This document shows positions 24,450-36,455 of a stretch of 64,000 nucleotides of DNA, piece after piece. This DNA comes from Hypanus sabinus (Eukaryota): assembly GCF_030144855.1 (NCBI RefSeq), contig NC_082710.1, forward strand, positions 55,366,001-55,430,000. Direction: 5' to 3'. Each line of letters begins with the position of its first letter. The stretch's first letter is position 1. The translations under genes were made by a program, and so were the position numbers. The notes beneath the pieces were generated by a model, which saw only the letters and a program-made list of their open reading frames with translations, was not told the origin of the DNA and made no database searches.

Positions 24450-26439
24450 GCTCATTGTGACCAAATAGTTCTATTTTAACGTCATCAGTCCATAGGACTT
24501 GTTTCCAAAATGCATCAGGCTTGTTTCGATGTTCCTTTGCAAACTTCTGACATTGAGGTGGTGAGGACGCAGGAAAGGTTTTCTTCTGATGACTCTTCCA
24601 TGAAGGTCATATTTGTGCAGGTGTTGCTGCACAGTAAAACAGTGCACCACCACTCCAGAGTCTGCTAAATCTTCCTGAAGGTCTTATGCAGTCAAACGAG
24701 GGATTTGATTTGTCTTTCTAGCAATCCTACCAGCAGTTTTCTTGGTCTCCCAGACCTCAACTTGACTTCCACCGTTCCTGTTAACTGCCATGTCTTAATT
24801 ACATTACAAACTGAGGAAACGGCTACGTGAAAACGCTTCACCATCTTCTTACAGACTTCTCCTGCTTTGTGGGCATCATTTATTTTAATTTTCAGAGTGC
24901 TAGGCAACTGCTTAGAGGAGCTGCTGATTGTTGGGACAAGGTTTGAGGAGTCAGGGTATTTATAAAGCTTTGAAATTTGCATCACCTTGATGACTGTGAA
25001 CAAGCCATAGCCCTAACAATCTAATTAAGGTCTGAGACCTTGGTAAACATTATCTGAGAGCTCAAATCTCTTTGGGTGCCCAAACTTTTGCGTGGTGCTC
25101 CTTTCCTTTTTTTCACTCTAAAATTGTACAAAACAAAAATAATACACTAATCTTGCTTAAAATGTTGAAAAGAATGTTTCGTATTTAACTTTATGACTTT
25201 AGGAGATCAGTTCGTCCGAGTTCAAGATGTGTTACTGAAATTACTTAGGGTGCTAATGACACCACACCTAAAATATTGGTCTTCCTACCAAAGGAAAGAT
25301 ATACTTATGTCCAATAAAGATCTGCTAGATTGAGTCTATGGATTGTGCTGCAAAAATAGATTGATAGAATATTGACCAAGTCTAGTCAAATTTAGAAGCA
25401 CAATTTGTGAAAATTTCTCTTATGAAGTATAACAGGGCAGATAGAACAAAGAATACCATTATCTTGTAGATGAGGTATCCAAAATAAGGAGTCACAGCCT
25501 CAAAATAATTGTCCAGGACCAGGATGAGAAGTAATTTCTGCACCAAGAGAATAGTAAATTTTTGGCATTCTTTCCATATGTGGTTTGTGGTCAATCATGG
25601 AGTATAAATTTAAAAAAGAATAGTGTCAAGTAATAAATGACTTGAACAGCAAAGCACTGCATCAGTAAACGATCAGCTATGACTTTACCGAATGACAGAA
25701 TAGAGACAAGGGGCCACATGGCCTTCTCCTGCTTTTATTGTTTATGGGTTTTTTTTGCTCCTTGAATAGAGGCCAACACACCTCATTTATTGCAAATATT
25801 TTCTCTCTATTCTACTCATCCAAATAAAAGCTGTTGGTGGGGGATTAGATTTGATTATAATTTTGCTTGCCTTTTCCAAAAGATGAATAAGACAAAAAGA
25901 AAGAATGCACAACTTAAGTCAGCACTCTAACTGCTTTCATGATTTATTTGTGATGATCACTGGTTAAGCACAGAAAAACTGTACCAAAGTGGAAAATATA
26001 ATCCTATTTCCACTTTCCCCTCATTTCACATGGATTATTTCCATCTTTTCACTCCCTTTTCCCATTTCTCTGACAGTTTATAGAAATAAAGTGTCAATGA
26101 ACATTGGCTGTAATCTCACTGACTCACAATGCTAAGTAAGCCAACTACCTCCCATCAAGCTATTGTAAGACTTCCATTACACACTCCATGTTTTCTGTCT
26201 GTTGCATTTTCTTGGTAATGCACCTAGTGACTTCCCTCTTACTCCAACGAGTTAATCTATTTTCCCCACTTAAAATTTCACTATTTCCCCTCCTCCCACT
26301 CAAAATCATAGCCGAGACCAAAATCTCATGGTATTAATCCATCCAAAAATATACTAAACACAAGTAGACCAGCAAAATAAGGTAAGAGTAGCTATGTCAA
26401 AAATGCTCCATAGAAATAATTTGAAACATATGTAGCTCG

Positions 26440-28120
26440 TGTGGTCGATGATCGGGTTGAGCTGTTTTCCAATTTTGGCATTTTACCTGCAAACACTTTG
26501 TCACCATATGAGAAGACATCATCAGTGTGCTATTAATTGTGGAGTGCTCCAAATGATTGGCCTTTAACACATCAATCATCACTATGGAAACTCAGTTGCG
26601 ATGTGGTAGAAAAGATGGTGTTGCCAATTATAAACCCTAAAATTTATGTTGACGATACATTTGTCATAGTAAAACACAGCAAAATTGAAAGAATTGATGA
26701 ACTAATTAACAGCACACTGGTGACGTCTTCTCATATGGTGACGAAGTATTTGCAAATACACCATATCCTCGTTATATGCGGGGGATACGTTCCTTGCAGT
26801 CGACGCATAATGTGAAAATGCATGATGTGAATAATTATTTAAATAGAGAAAACAGGGATGCGTTCCAGAGGGCTTCCTAAATACGTTTTATCTATAATTT
26901 ATTCATAATTTCATACCAATATGACACAAAAGCAGTACCAGAAGGCAACATTCATATTATATTTCATCAATTTAAGGTCATATTCAATGTAATAAATCAT
27001 AGAAAGTTAACATACTAGGGTGTACAGTACTCACCAACAGAGGCAAGTGTGTTCACTCCGGGAGATGAGTGGTTGTTGTGGTGTCGGGCAGTTTTACATG
27101 GATAAGGTGGATGGTTGTGGTTGTCAGGATCATATAAAGCGCAGCAAGGGGTGAAGAAAGACTCACAGAACTCTTAGAACTGCCAGCAGCAGGAGATGAC
27201 ACCGGTTTGAAGAAAGTAGTGAGGGTTGTTTGCTTGGCAGCATTTTGTTTTTCAGCATAAATTTGCTTGTAGGGAAGAAGGGTTGACGGCAGGGAACGAC
27301 TGAAACGCTGACTCCATTCTAAACTTGGGTCCCTGTCCACTTGTGCCAAGTGTTCCAACTTCCACCATTCCCTCACCATTGGTAAACTCCCAGGATTTTC
27401 AAAATCGTCTGTTGCTTGCAGCATCTGAGAGATAGTTCGCCGTAAAAAAAATACACCTTGAATGTGCATCACACCTTAGTCGAGTGGTTGAATCAGCGAT
27501 GTTGTGTTAGGTGGTAGGAAATGCAGTTATGTTAGGATGAATGCTGTTCAAATGTTTAGGATGGGCTGGTACATTGTCAAGCAACAAAAGAACAAAAATT
27601 CTGTTCCCAGCAGTAGCGTCCCAGAGCTGTGTTGCCTTCAACTGATGCCACGCTGTTTATAATTTCCAACTTTTTTCAAGTATTAAAGCAGTTCTCTGCC
27701 GCTCAGTGATGGCCCAGGACATGACATCGGCTGCTTAGGAGGCATAGTTAAATATTTCAAGCACAGTATCAGTGCACCATAGGTATAACCAACAAAAGTT
27801 TAAGTGCCCAAGATCGCACATCCACACCTTGCCAAAACCAATGTGAGACTGGTGGAAGTGAGACTGTGAGGCGTGCGCACCTGACTTGTACTGGCAGGAA
27901 AGCGGTGCTTCTTGTCCCAACAGTGAGACTGAGGTATGCGCACGTGACTTGTATTGGTGGGAAAGCAGTGCTTCTCGCATAACTGAGAGTTTTGGACGCA
28001 TATTAGGAGATGTTGGTAGAGAAAGGTTCCTCACATAACTGTGGATCCGCATTGTCTGAAGACACATATAGCGAGGATAGGGTGTAAATTGCCAAGATTG
28101 GAGAACAACTCAACCCAAAG
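26440..28120 (+). mobile_element. Penelope-like element remnant (second family) with inverted terminal repeats, interrupted by a Tigger
   Basis: RT motif KIYVDDTFVI (ORF 26537-26815). 26453-26530 is the reverse complement of 26712-26758 joined to 28087-28116. Confidence 0.7.
26759..28084 (-). mobile_element. Internally deleted Tigger (TIGD1-like) transposon
   Basis: TIRs CACCATATCCTCGTTATATG and CATATAGCGAGGATAGGGTG, TA TSD. Remnants LLLDNVPAHP and FLPPNTTSLIQPLD, C-terminal KQTTLTTFFKP. Confidence 0.9.
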
Positions 28121-28209
28121 TACTATATTATTTGGTGTATCACTTGAGAGAAAACAAAAGTGATCAAAAGGCTGTCGTTTATTTTACTATAATTAATGAA
28201 ATTTATGGA

Positions 28210-28471
28210 GCACACACAAAATGCTGGAGGAACTCAGCAGGCCAGGTAGCATCTATGGAAAGCAGTAAACAGTTGACGTTTCGGTAAGACGCTTCATCAG
28301 TATTCATTCATGACCAGCACAGATGAAAGACATTTTGCAGTCCTGTTGAAGGGTCTCGGCCCAAAATATCGACTGTTTACTCTTTTCCATTAATGCTGCC
28401 TGGTCTGCTGAGTTCCTTCAGCATTTTGTGTGTGTTGCTTGGATGTCCAGCATCTGCACATTTTCTCTCGC
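28210..28471. mobile_element. Penelope-derived fold-back element with captured spacer
   Basis: Inverted arms at 28211-28300 and 28340-28435. 14-bp TSD ATGAAATTTATGGA (28196-209, 28472-85). Confidence 0.88.
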
Positions 28472-28539
28472 ATGAAATTTATGGAAGTATTTTCAGAATC
28501 ACTATTACAAAATAATGCTAATGTGGGCACTTATCTTCT

Positions 28540-29417
28540 GGTAAGATGGCCGCATGCTCAGATGCATCAGCTTCCACAGGGCCAATCAAAGGTACTAATA
28601 CAAACATGAGACAATCAGCAGATGCTGGAATCCAAAGCAACACATGTAACATCAGCAGGTCGGGTAGCATCTATGGAAAAGTGTAAGCAGTTGACGCTTT
28701 GGGCCAAAACCGTTCATCAGGACTCCTGGTGCCTGGCCCGCTGAGTTCCTCCAGCATTTTATGTGTATTGCAAAGGCGTTGTTGTCTTTTTGAAACTTTT
28801 TTTTAACAACCGCAAGATCCAGCTAAACATTAAAGTACTGCAGGTCTACTCCATTAGCAAATTAGTCGTTGGCGGAGAAGCTGAAGGAGCTGGTCTTGCT
28901 GGGAACAATGCTGCAGCCTGCGACAGAGAGAAATTGGTGCACAGAGGTGGTGTGCAGTCAAACAATGAGTGAACATCTTAGTCTCTTTTTCTGTGATCAC
29001 AAGACCCGACTCAATGTGTTTTTGGCAAACAGCGGGCATGGACAGCAGGAAAGCCGCATGGCCTCAGTCGTAGCAAGAACAAACTGCATGTGTTGCCTGA
29101 TTGCAACCACCCAGGAGAGAGGCAGAGTTCATGCATTCCACTGGAGCATCAGAGGTGGTGTGACAGGGCATCTAAGCTGCAGTCGGTTCTGCTCAGCAGA
29201 AGGTGTATTGTGTTCAAATGCAGACTGCTGAGACATTAATGGACCTGGACTATATATTGTTTTTGTGTGACTGTGTTTTACTGCTGTCTTATATGGACTA
29301 CGTATGCCTTGTGCTGTGTATGACTCCTGGAACGATGTTTTGCACCTCGGCTCCAGAGTAACGCTGTTTTATTTAGCTCTATTCATGTATAGTTGAACAA
29401 CAATTAAACTTGAACTA
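28540..29417 (+). mobile_element. Non-autonomous element with a Rex/Babar-type 3' tail, containing a nested Penelope fold-back (~28600-28770)
   Basis: Starts AAGATGGC and ends CAATTAAACTTGAACT, like the tail at 8540-8566. No RT-like coding seen. Confidence 0.55.
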
Positions 29418-32400
29418 TCTAAAAGAAATACTTCAATGCTAACTTTTTCATTGTGTACTTGCAGTTTTAATGATATATTTTCAAATCTTAATCAGCAATT
29501 CAATGTACCCCGTAGAAAATCATATGTAATTTTACATCCATGTCAACAAAACTATTTAAATTTAATAACTTTTTATTAAAATGAAACTGGTAACTGTTCA
29601 TTCATGACCAGCACAGCTGAAAGACACTTTGCATTCTTTTCTTATCATTTCCTCTGTATGTGCCATAAGCTGCTTAGTAATAAATCAATTTAAAATAATG
29701 ATGGTTAAATACATTATTACTACAATAGGATAAAAAGCAACAAATCCTGTGCAGATCCATTAGCCTTCTTTGTTAAAGAAAAAAAGCCAATTATCTGCAG
29801 CTGTCATCCGTAAAGACACAGAGCCATTTAGGCTAACATTAGTCTCCATCCAACTAAAATACAAAGCAAATTTTTGTACTCAATAATGTAATTTCCTTTT
29901 GCTATAAAAGATGAATACAATTAAATAATACTGAATATTAGCTAACAGAAAAACAAAACAGAAATAAATGTGCAGTTTGCTACATTACACTTAACGCATG
30001 AATCCTCTCAAGCAACATTATAGTAAAGAAAAATACACTATTGACTATAGCATAGAATTGTGTTACCGTGTTTTTTTTATATAACACCCAGGAATTACTA
30101 GCTAGATTTAAGAAAACCTGAATGTTGTCACCACCATAGATCAGATTGGCAAGTCTGAATGTTTATTGTGCTCATGCAACCACAGAAAGTAAAACATTGT
30201 CATCTCTTAAATAAATCATGTTTTAGAGGCAATGAAAAACCAATCTAATGACTGTGTTTGAGCTGCGATGTTAAAATCACAAATAACCAATCTGAAACCA
30301 AACTTCTCAATGTTGATTTTAATGGAACCTACATGGAATGTGGGCTACCAACAATTCTCAGAGACAGATGCTTCACTTAATTATTTTCACAATGTTATCT
30401 AATTAATTTGTTACCCATGCTTAGACCTAACTGAAGAGAGGCAAGAGAGCTAGCTGAAGAGAGGCAAGGACTGCCACATGGAAAAGGTGAAATCTTTCCT
30501 AGCATTGTTTGAGACCAGAGGAGTTCTTCTCCCCCACCTACTGTGCCATTCAATCTCCCCTAACAAACCTTTTAAATCTCCAGCATCAGACCCCTCCTCC
30601 TCATAACAATCACCAACACCCTCAACATGTTCTGTATATCACACACCCGAGATTATGCTTTCCAAAGAATCTCTTCAAAACATTACTCCCTCTAACTTCT
30701 CTGTAGAAACAAAATGTACACACACTGTGGAGTTAAAAGACTCCAGTGTTACAACTCTTTAGGTCAGCAAGTTATCAGGGCCAATATTACTTTCAACATT
30801 CCACAGATTCCACTTTTAAAAGGTGCAGTAAATTAGCATCATAGAGAAATTCAAAATTCTTAGCAGTGATTTCTTAAACCCAAAACATTCAATGAAGTTT
30901 ATTTTCCCTTCGTCAGGGAGAACAAAACAAGAAATTAGTGAAATTGGAACAGTGATTTTAATCGGAATCAGTAATTTTAATGCCAATAGCCTTTGATATT
31001 GATGATTGTCCTCTTGGGTCTTGGTAGGTCTCATTAATACATGTAAACTAGCATTCATGTCAATACCAATAGGTAAACATGTTGGGATGTCCTCATTAGG
31101 ATACTTTTAATTGAACTTTCTATGATGAGTAAGCCCCAGGGTGGAGCAGCTAAACTGTACATATGCCTGTAATCATCCCATGTTACTCTTGGACAAGAAC
31201 TTCATAATGAAGGCAAATACACTTGAAAATAGTGCTAACCTCAGCACATTGGCAGGTGACCAACAGAAATATAGACAGAAATTTGAAAGGTTTCTAATCC
31301 TACTGGCACCAGAGTTAATTAACAAAACATTTCAAAAAGCAAGAATTTAAACAGAAAAAATATACAAATTGCTGAATTTATGAAAACATTTTTGTTTACT
31401 TACATTGTGACCTTTGTGCTCCAATTGTGAGTTCTAATACCAGTATTGGCAGGAACCTAGGGGAGTAAGCGAGGAATACAAAATGAATTTTTGCAACATA
31501 ACTTATGACCAGCAAATAATTTTAAATTTTTCATAACACTAGATGCAGTTATTTCACACCATTTAAATAAAGCTTTCATATTAAGATTTGCTAGAGACAA
31601 AGACAAGTTGACCCTGCCAAATTCGCTTCACAAACAACTAGAAATAAAACAAAACTGAAAGCTGCTCAACACGGCATGATCCTTATTTGCAGCCTTCTAG
31701 GTACTGACCATTGTCTCTGTATGTTATTAAAATACAGCTGGGATCACTATATTTTGCAAAAAGATTTGGATTGCTGCAACATGGTGGCCGAGGAATTGAG
31801 CACTTTGGCTCCAGATCTAATCATACCATTAGCTAAGTTGCTGCAAGTGAGAGCTTTGATACACGAGAGTAAGAAAACATCCTCAGAAAAAAGCAAGGTA
31901 GATACAAAGCACACGATTATATCAGCATATTCACTAATAGAAATAGTCCCAAAAAAGTGCTTTAAAGTGATACTGATCATTGAAATGGAGCTTGGTTAAT
32001 CCAGGAGACATCAGTTCCAAACTTCATGGCCTAATTCAAACACTGAGAATATTGATATTAAGACAAAGCAATATAATTTAGGAACTGAATTCCAGTAACA
32101 TTAATGTGAAAGAAACGTGGATACTTTCTGCTGGATGGAGTAATAATTAGCACAAGAGGAAGATGGTGCAGTTGTTTGAGTCCAGTGCACTGAAACAATG
32201 GTTTATCAGGGAAACCGTCCTGGGTGCTATTTCTAAATTACTTTCTTTCGAGAATACAAACAGAAAGATTCATTGTCGATTGTGAAGTGCTCAGTTACAT
32301 TCATATCACTTCAAATAAAACCAAAAAGATATAGAAACATGTAGCAAATAACAAATGCCTGTCCTTTGAATAATACGAATAATCTTCTGCAGTAAGTACT

Positions 32401-32957
32401 AAGAACTGCTCCTTGGCGGTCAATGACATGAAAATCAAAGTATCTTCCATTATAAATATATGGAGGGTTGTCAACGACAAGAAACTTAGCTGAAATAACC
32501 ATATGAAATTCTCTTAGTATGCTCAGAAATTAGATATGTTGACCCTCTTAAAGGCCTTATATTATTTATGAGCCAGATGCAAAGAGTGTGATGGACTACC
32601 TGATTAATTGCAACCTCAATGTTCAAGAACCTCAACATCACCAAAGCAGTACATCACCATCTAAGCACTACATCCTCACTACAACATGTCATTGTTGCTT
32701 TAATTACTTTCTACAAGATGCATTGCAGCAAATCATCGTGTTTTCTTTAATTGAAGCTAAAAAAACATGCAATGTCAACTGTCTGGTAAGAAAATGACAG
32801 CACATCAGAATCAGAATCAGGTTTAATATCACTGGCATATGTCATGAAATTTGTTAACTTAGCAGCAGCAGTATTATACAAAACGTGTAAAAAAAAGTAA
32901 AAGTATATGTATATATATTAAATAGTTAAATTAAAAATAGCAAAAATGGAAATAATA

Positions 32958-34794
32958 ACAAACAACACACACAGAATGCTGGTGGAACACAGCAGGCCAG
33001 GCAGCATCTATAAGGAGAAGCACTGTTGACGTTTTGGGCCAAGACCCTTTGTCAAGACTAACTAAAAGGGGAGATACTAAGAGATTTGAAAGTAGTGGGG
33101 GGAGGGGGAAATGCAAAATGATAGGAGAAGACCGGGGGGGGGGGGGGGGGGGGGAATGAAGCTAAGAGCTGGAAAGGTGATTGGCGAAAGTGATAGAGAG
33201 CTGGAGAAGGGAAAGGATCATGGGACGGGAGGCCTCGGGAGAAAGAAAGGGGGGTGGGGGAAGCACCAGAGGTGTCATGAACATAGGTGGGAAGAGACTG
33301 AACAAGACAGTGTCAAGGTATGCAGAAATGAGTTCAGTAGGGCAGGAGCAAGCTGAGACAATAATTGCTTCGCTACATTGGTGCTGCCTCCTGCACGCAT
33401 GCTGAGCTCATTGACTTTATTGACTTTGCCTCCAACTTTCACCCTGCCCTCAAATTTACCTGGTCCATTTCCCACACCTCCCTCCTCTCTGGAGACGGAT
33501 TATCTACTGATAACTACTATAAGCCTACAGACTCTCACAGCTACCTGGACTATTCCTCTTCCCACCGTCTCTTGCAAAAATGCCATCTTCTTCTCACAAT
33601 TCCTCCGTCTCCGCCGCATCTGCTTTCAGGATGAGGCTTTTCATTCCAGGATGAAGGCGGTGTCTTCCTTTTTTAAACAAAGGGGCTTCCCTTCTTCCAC
33701 CATCAACTTTGCTCTCAAACATATCTCTCCCCGCACATCTGCCTTCACCCCATCCAACTGTCACCCCACTCGGGATAGGGTTCCCCCTGTTCTCACCTAC
33801 CACCCCACCAGCCTCCAGGTCCAACGTATAATTCTCCGTAACTTCCGCCACCTCCAACGGGATCCCGCTACCCTGCACATCTTTCCCTCCCCCTCTCTTT
33901 CTGCTTTCCGCAGGGATCGCTCCCTATGGACTCACTTGTCCACTCGTCCCTTCCCACCGATTTCCCTCCTGGCACTTACCTTGTAAACGGAACAAGTGCT
34001 ACACCTGCCCTGACATTTCCTCCCTCAGCACCATTCAGGGCCCCAGACAGTCCTTCCAGGTGCGGTGACACTTCACCTGAGAGTTGGCTGGTGTGGTATA
34101 CTGCGTCTGGTGCTCCCAGTGTGAGACCCGATGCAAACTGGCAGACCGTTTCGCTGAACACCTAGACTCAGTCCACCAGAGAAAGCAGGATCTTCCAGTG
34201 GCCACACATTTTAATTCCAAGTCCCATTACTATTCTGATATGTCTATCCATGACCTCCTCTACTGTCAAAATGAATCCAAACTCAGGTTGGAGGAACACC
34301 ACCTTGTATACCAGCTGGGTAGCCTCCAACCTGATGGCATGAACATTGACTTCTCTAATTTCCGTTAATGCCCTCCTCCCCTTCTTACCCCATTCCTGAC
34401 ATATTTAATTGTTGTTTTTTTCCCTCTCTCTGCCCATCACTCTGCCTGTTCTCCATCCCCCTCTGGTGCTCCACCCCCTTTCTTTCTCCTGAGGCCTCCC
34501 GTCCCATGATCCTTTCCCTTCTCCAGCTCTGTATCACTTTTGCCAATCACCTTTCCAGCTCTGAGCTTCATTCCACCCCCTCCGGTCTTCTCCAATCATT
34601 TCACATTTCCCCCTCCCCCCACTATTTTCAAATCTCTTAGTATCTCTCCTTTCAGTTAGTCCTGACGAAGGGTCTCGGCCCAAGACGTTGACAGTGCTTC
34701 TCCTTATAGATGCTGCTTGGCCTGCTGTGTTCCACCAGCATTTTGTGTGTGTTGTTTAAATTTCCAACATCTGCAGATTTCGTTGTGTTTGCTC
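32958..34794 (+). mobile_element. Penelope-like element (Neptune-like), 5'-truncated with an inverted 5' pLTR copy
   Basis: RT C-terminus FHPALKFTW..YYKPTDSHSYLDYSSSH..SQFLRLRRIC and GIY-YIG region GVVYCVWCSQC..RFAEH..PVATHFN..LGSLQPDGMN. 32960-33270 is inverted relative to 34465-34755. 13-bp TSD AATGGAAATAATA (32945-57, 34795-807). Confidence 0.92.
34655..34695 (+). ncRNA. Degenerate minimal type-I hammerhead ribozyme motif in the Penelope pLTR
   Basis: AGTC-CTGACGA-A-GGGTCTCGGCCC-AAGA-CGTT-GAC, with the GAAA box mutated. The copy at 28270-28302(-) reads CTGATGA-AGCGTCTTACC-GAAA-CGTC with both core boxes intact. Confidence 0.6.
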
Positions 34795-35751
34795 AATGGA
34801 AATAATATATTTTTTTTTAAAAGAGTAGTGTTCAAGGGTTCAATGTCCATTTAGGAATCGCATGGTGGAAGGGAAGAAGCTGTTCCTGAATCACTGAGTA
34901 AGAGTCTTCAGGCTTCTGTACCTCCTTTCTGACGGTAACAATGAGAAGAGGATATGCCTTGGGATCCTTAATAATGGATGCCACCTTTCTGAGGCACTGC
35001 TCCTTGAAGATGTCTTAGATTGTGTGAAGGCTAGTACCCAAAATGGAGCCAACTAATTTTATAACTTTCTGTAGCTTTCTTTCAACCTCTGCAGTAGCTC
35101 CCCCCCACCCCCACATCTGACAATGATGAGGCCAGTCAGAATGCTCTCCATCGTACATCCTCAAACTCCTATTGAAATATAGCCACTGTCTTGCCTTCCT
35201 AGATATTGACAGCTAGTAACTTGAAATTGCTCAGTCTCTCCACTTCTGATCCCTCTATGAGGATTAATTTGTATTCCCTCATCTCACCCTTCCACAATCA
35301 GCGCTTTAGTCTTACTAACCATGAGTGCAAGGTTGCTGTTGTACAAATGTACACTTCCACATTCTCCAACACTTCCTTCTCCCCCCCACTATCAACAATT
35401 TTAACTTGAATATAAATAATTGCTTTATGAGCATAAATCCTGTAACTCTCTTATGAAACATATCTGAGTATATACTTTCACAACATGGACTGCAGCAATT
35501 TAAGACAACATCTTATACCATTCTCTCCCAAGGTCAGTTAAAGATGGCACTTTATCTTGGCCTGATCAGCATTGCTCATATGCCAATATGAATAAAACTA
35601 AAGTAAAGCATTAACTCGTGTCAGGTTTTTGTACACATCTGAGAGTGTTCATACTTGTAACATTTTCTACCCATATTTTATTTTTCAACATTTTGTGTTT
35701 TTTTTCCCAAACTCAGTTCTTGTTCAGAGGACATTATGGTGCTATATTAAG

Positions 35752-36455
35752 TCCATAAGACAAAGGAGCCATTCAATCATGGCTGATCCTTGTTTTTCTC
35801 CTCTTCAACCCCAGTTCCCAGATTTCTCCTCGTAATCTTTGATGCCATGTCCAATCAAGAACTTATCAATCTTTGCCTTAAATACACCCAACGACCTGCC
35901 CTCTACAGTAGCATGCAGCAGAAATTCCACAAATTCACCATGCTAAAGAAATTTCTCTGCATCCTTGGTTTGAAAGGGCACCCTTCTATCCTGAGGCTAT
36001 GATCTCTTGTCCATGAGATGCTCTCCCACCATGGGAAACATCCTTTCCACATATACAACATTCAAAAGGTTTCAATGAGATCCTCCCCCCATCCTTCTGA
36101 ATTCCAGCGAATACAGACCCAGAGTCATCAAACATTGCGCATATGATAACCCTTTCATTTCTGGAATCATCCTTGTGAACTTCCTCTGGACCCTCTCCAA
36201 TACCAGTACATCTTTTCTAAGATGAGTGGCCCAAGACTGTTCACAATACTCAAGAGGAGCCCTCACCAGTGCCTGATAAAGCCTCAGCATCACATCCTTG
36301 CTCTTGTATTCTAGACCGCTTGAAATAAATGCTAACATTGCATTTCCCTTCCTCACCACCAACTCGACTTGCAAGTTAACCTTTTTCTGCACAAGGACTC
36401 CCAAGTCCCTTTGCATCTCAGGTTTTTGGATTTTCTCCCGGTTAAAATAAAACAA
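35752..36455 (-). mobile_element. CR1 LINE 3' end
   Basis: ORF 36072-36455(-) QRDLGVLV..NAMLAFISSGLEYKSKDVMLRLYQALVRAPLEYC..LERVQRKFTRMIP. Confidence 0.9.

Larger units (their letters stand above)
16417..25218 (-). mobile_element. Tc1-like (IR/DR-type) DNA transposon split by an LTR retrotransposon; right TIR truncated
   Basis: TA-CAGTGGCATGCAAATGTTTGGGCACCC with internal direct repeat CAAAAGTTTGGGCACCC (~16612) and an inverted copy at ~25074. Transposase remnants RSGRPRKL, LHGRVIRRKPFL, PTVKHGGGSIMLW and WTSQSSDLNIFENLW. Confidence 0.92.
32806..35340 (-). mobile_element. Rex1/Babar LINE 3' fragment hosting the Penelope insertion
   Basis: Tail TCAGAATCAGAATCAGGTTTAATATC at 32806 is the complement of the tail at 14540-14565. 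The element continues after 34807 (AAGAAGCTGTTCCTGAA...). Confidence 0.75.

Noticed and set aside
30431-30468. 15-bp direct repeat CTGAAGAGAGGCAAG
   Set aside because: A small local duplication with no further structure.
31676-31999. 107-aa ORF as a host exon
   Set aside because: LAPDLIIPLAKLLQ looks like a decayed LINE ORF2 motif, and there is no other support.
32311-32502. KFLVVDNP resembles a RASSF-family motif
   Set aside because: The following residues do not match (no KFALF) and there is no convincing donor site.
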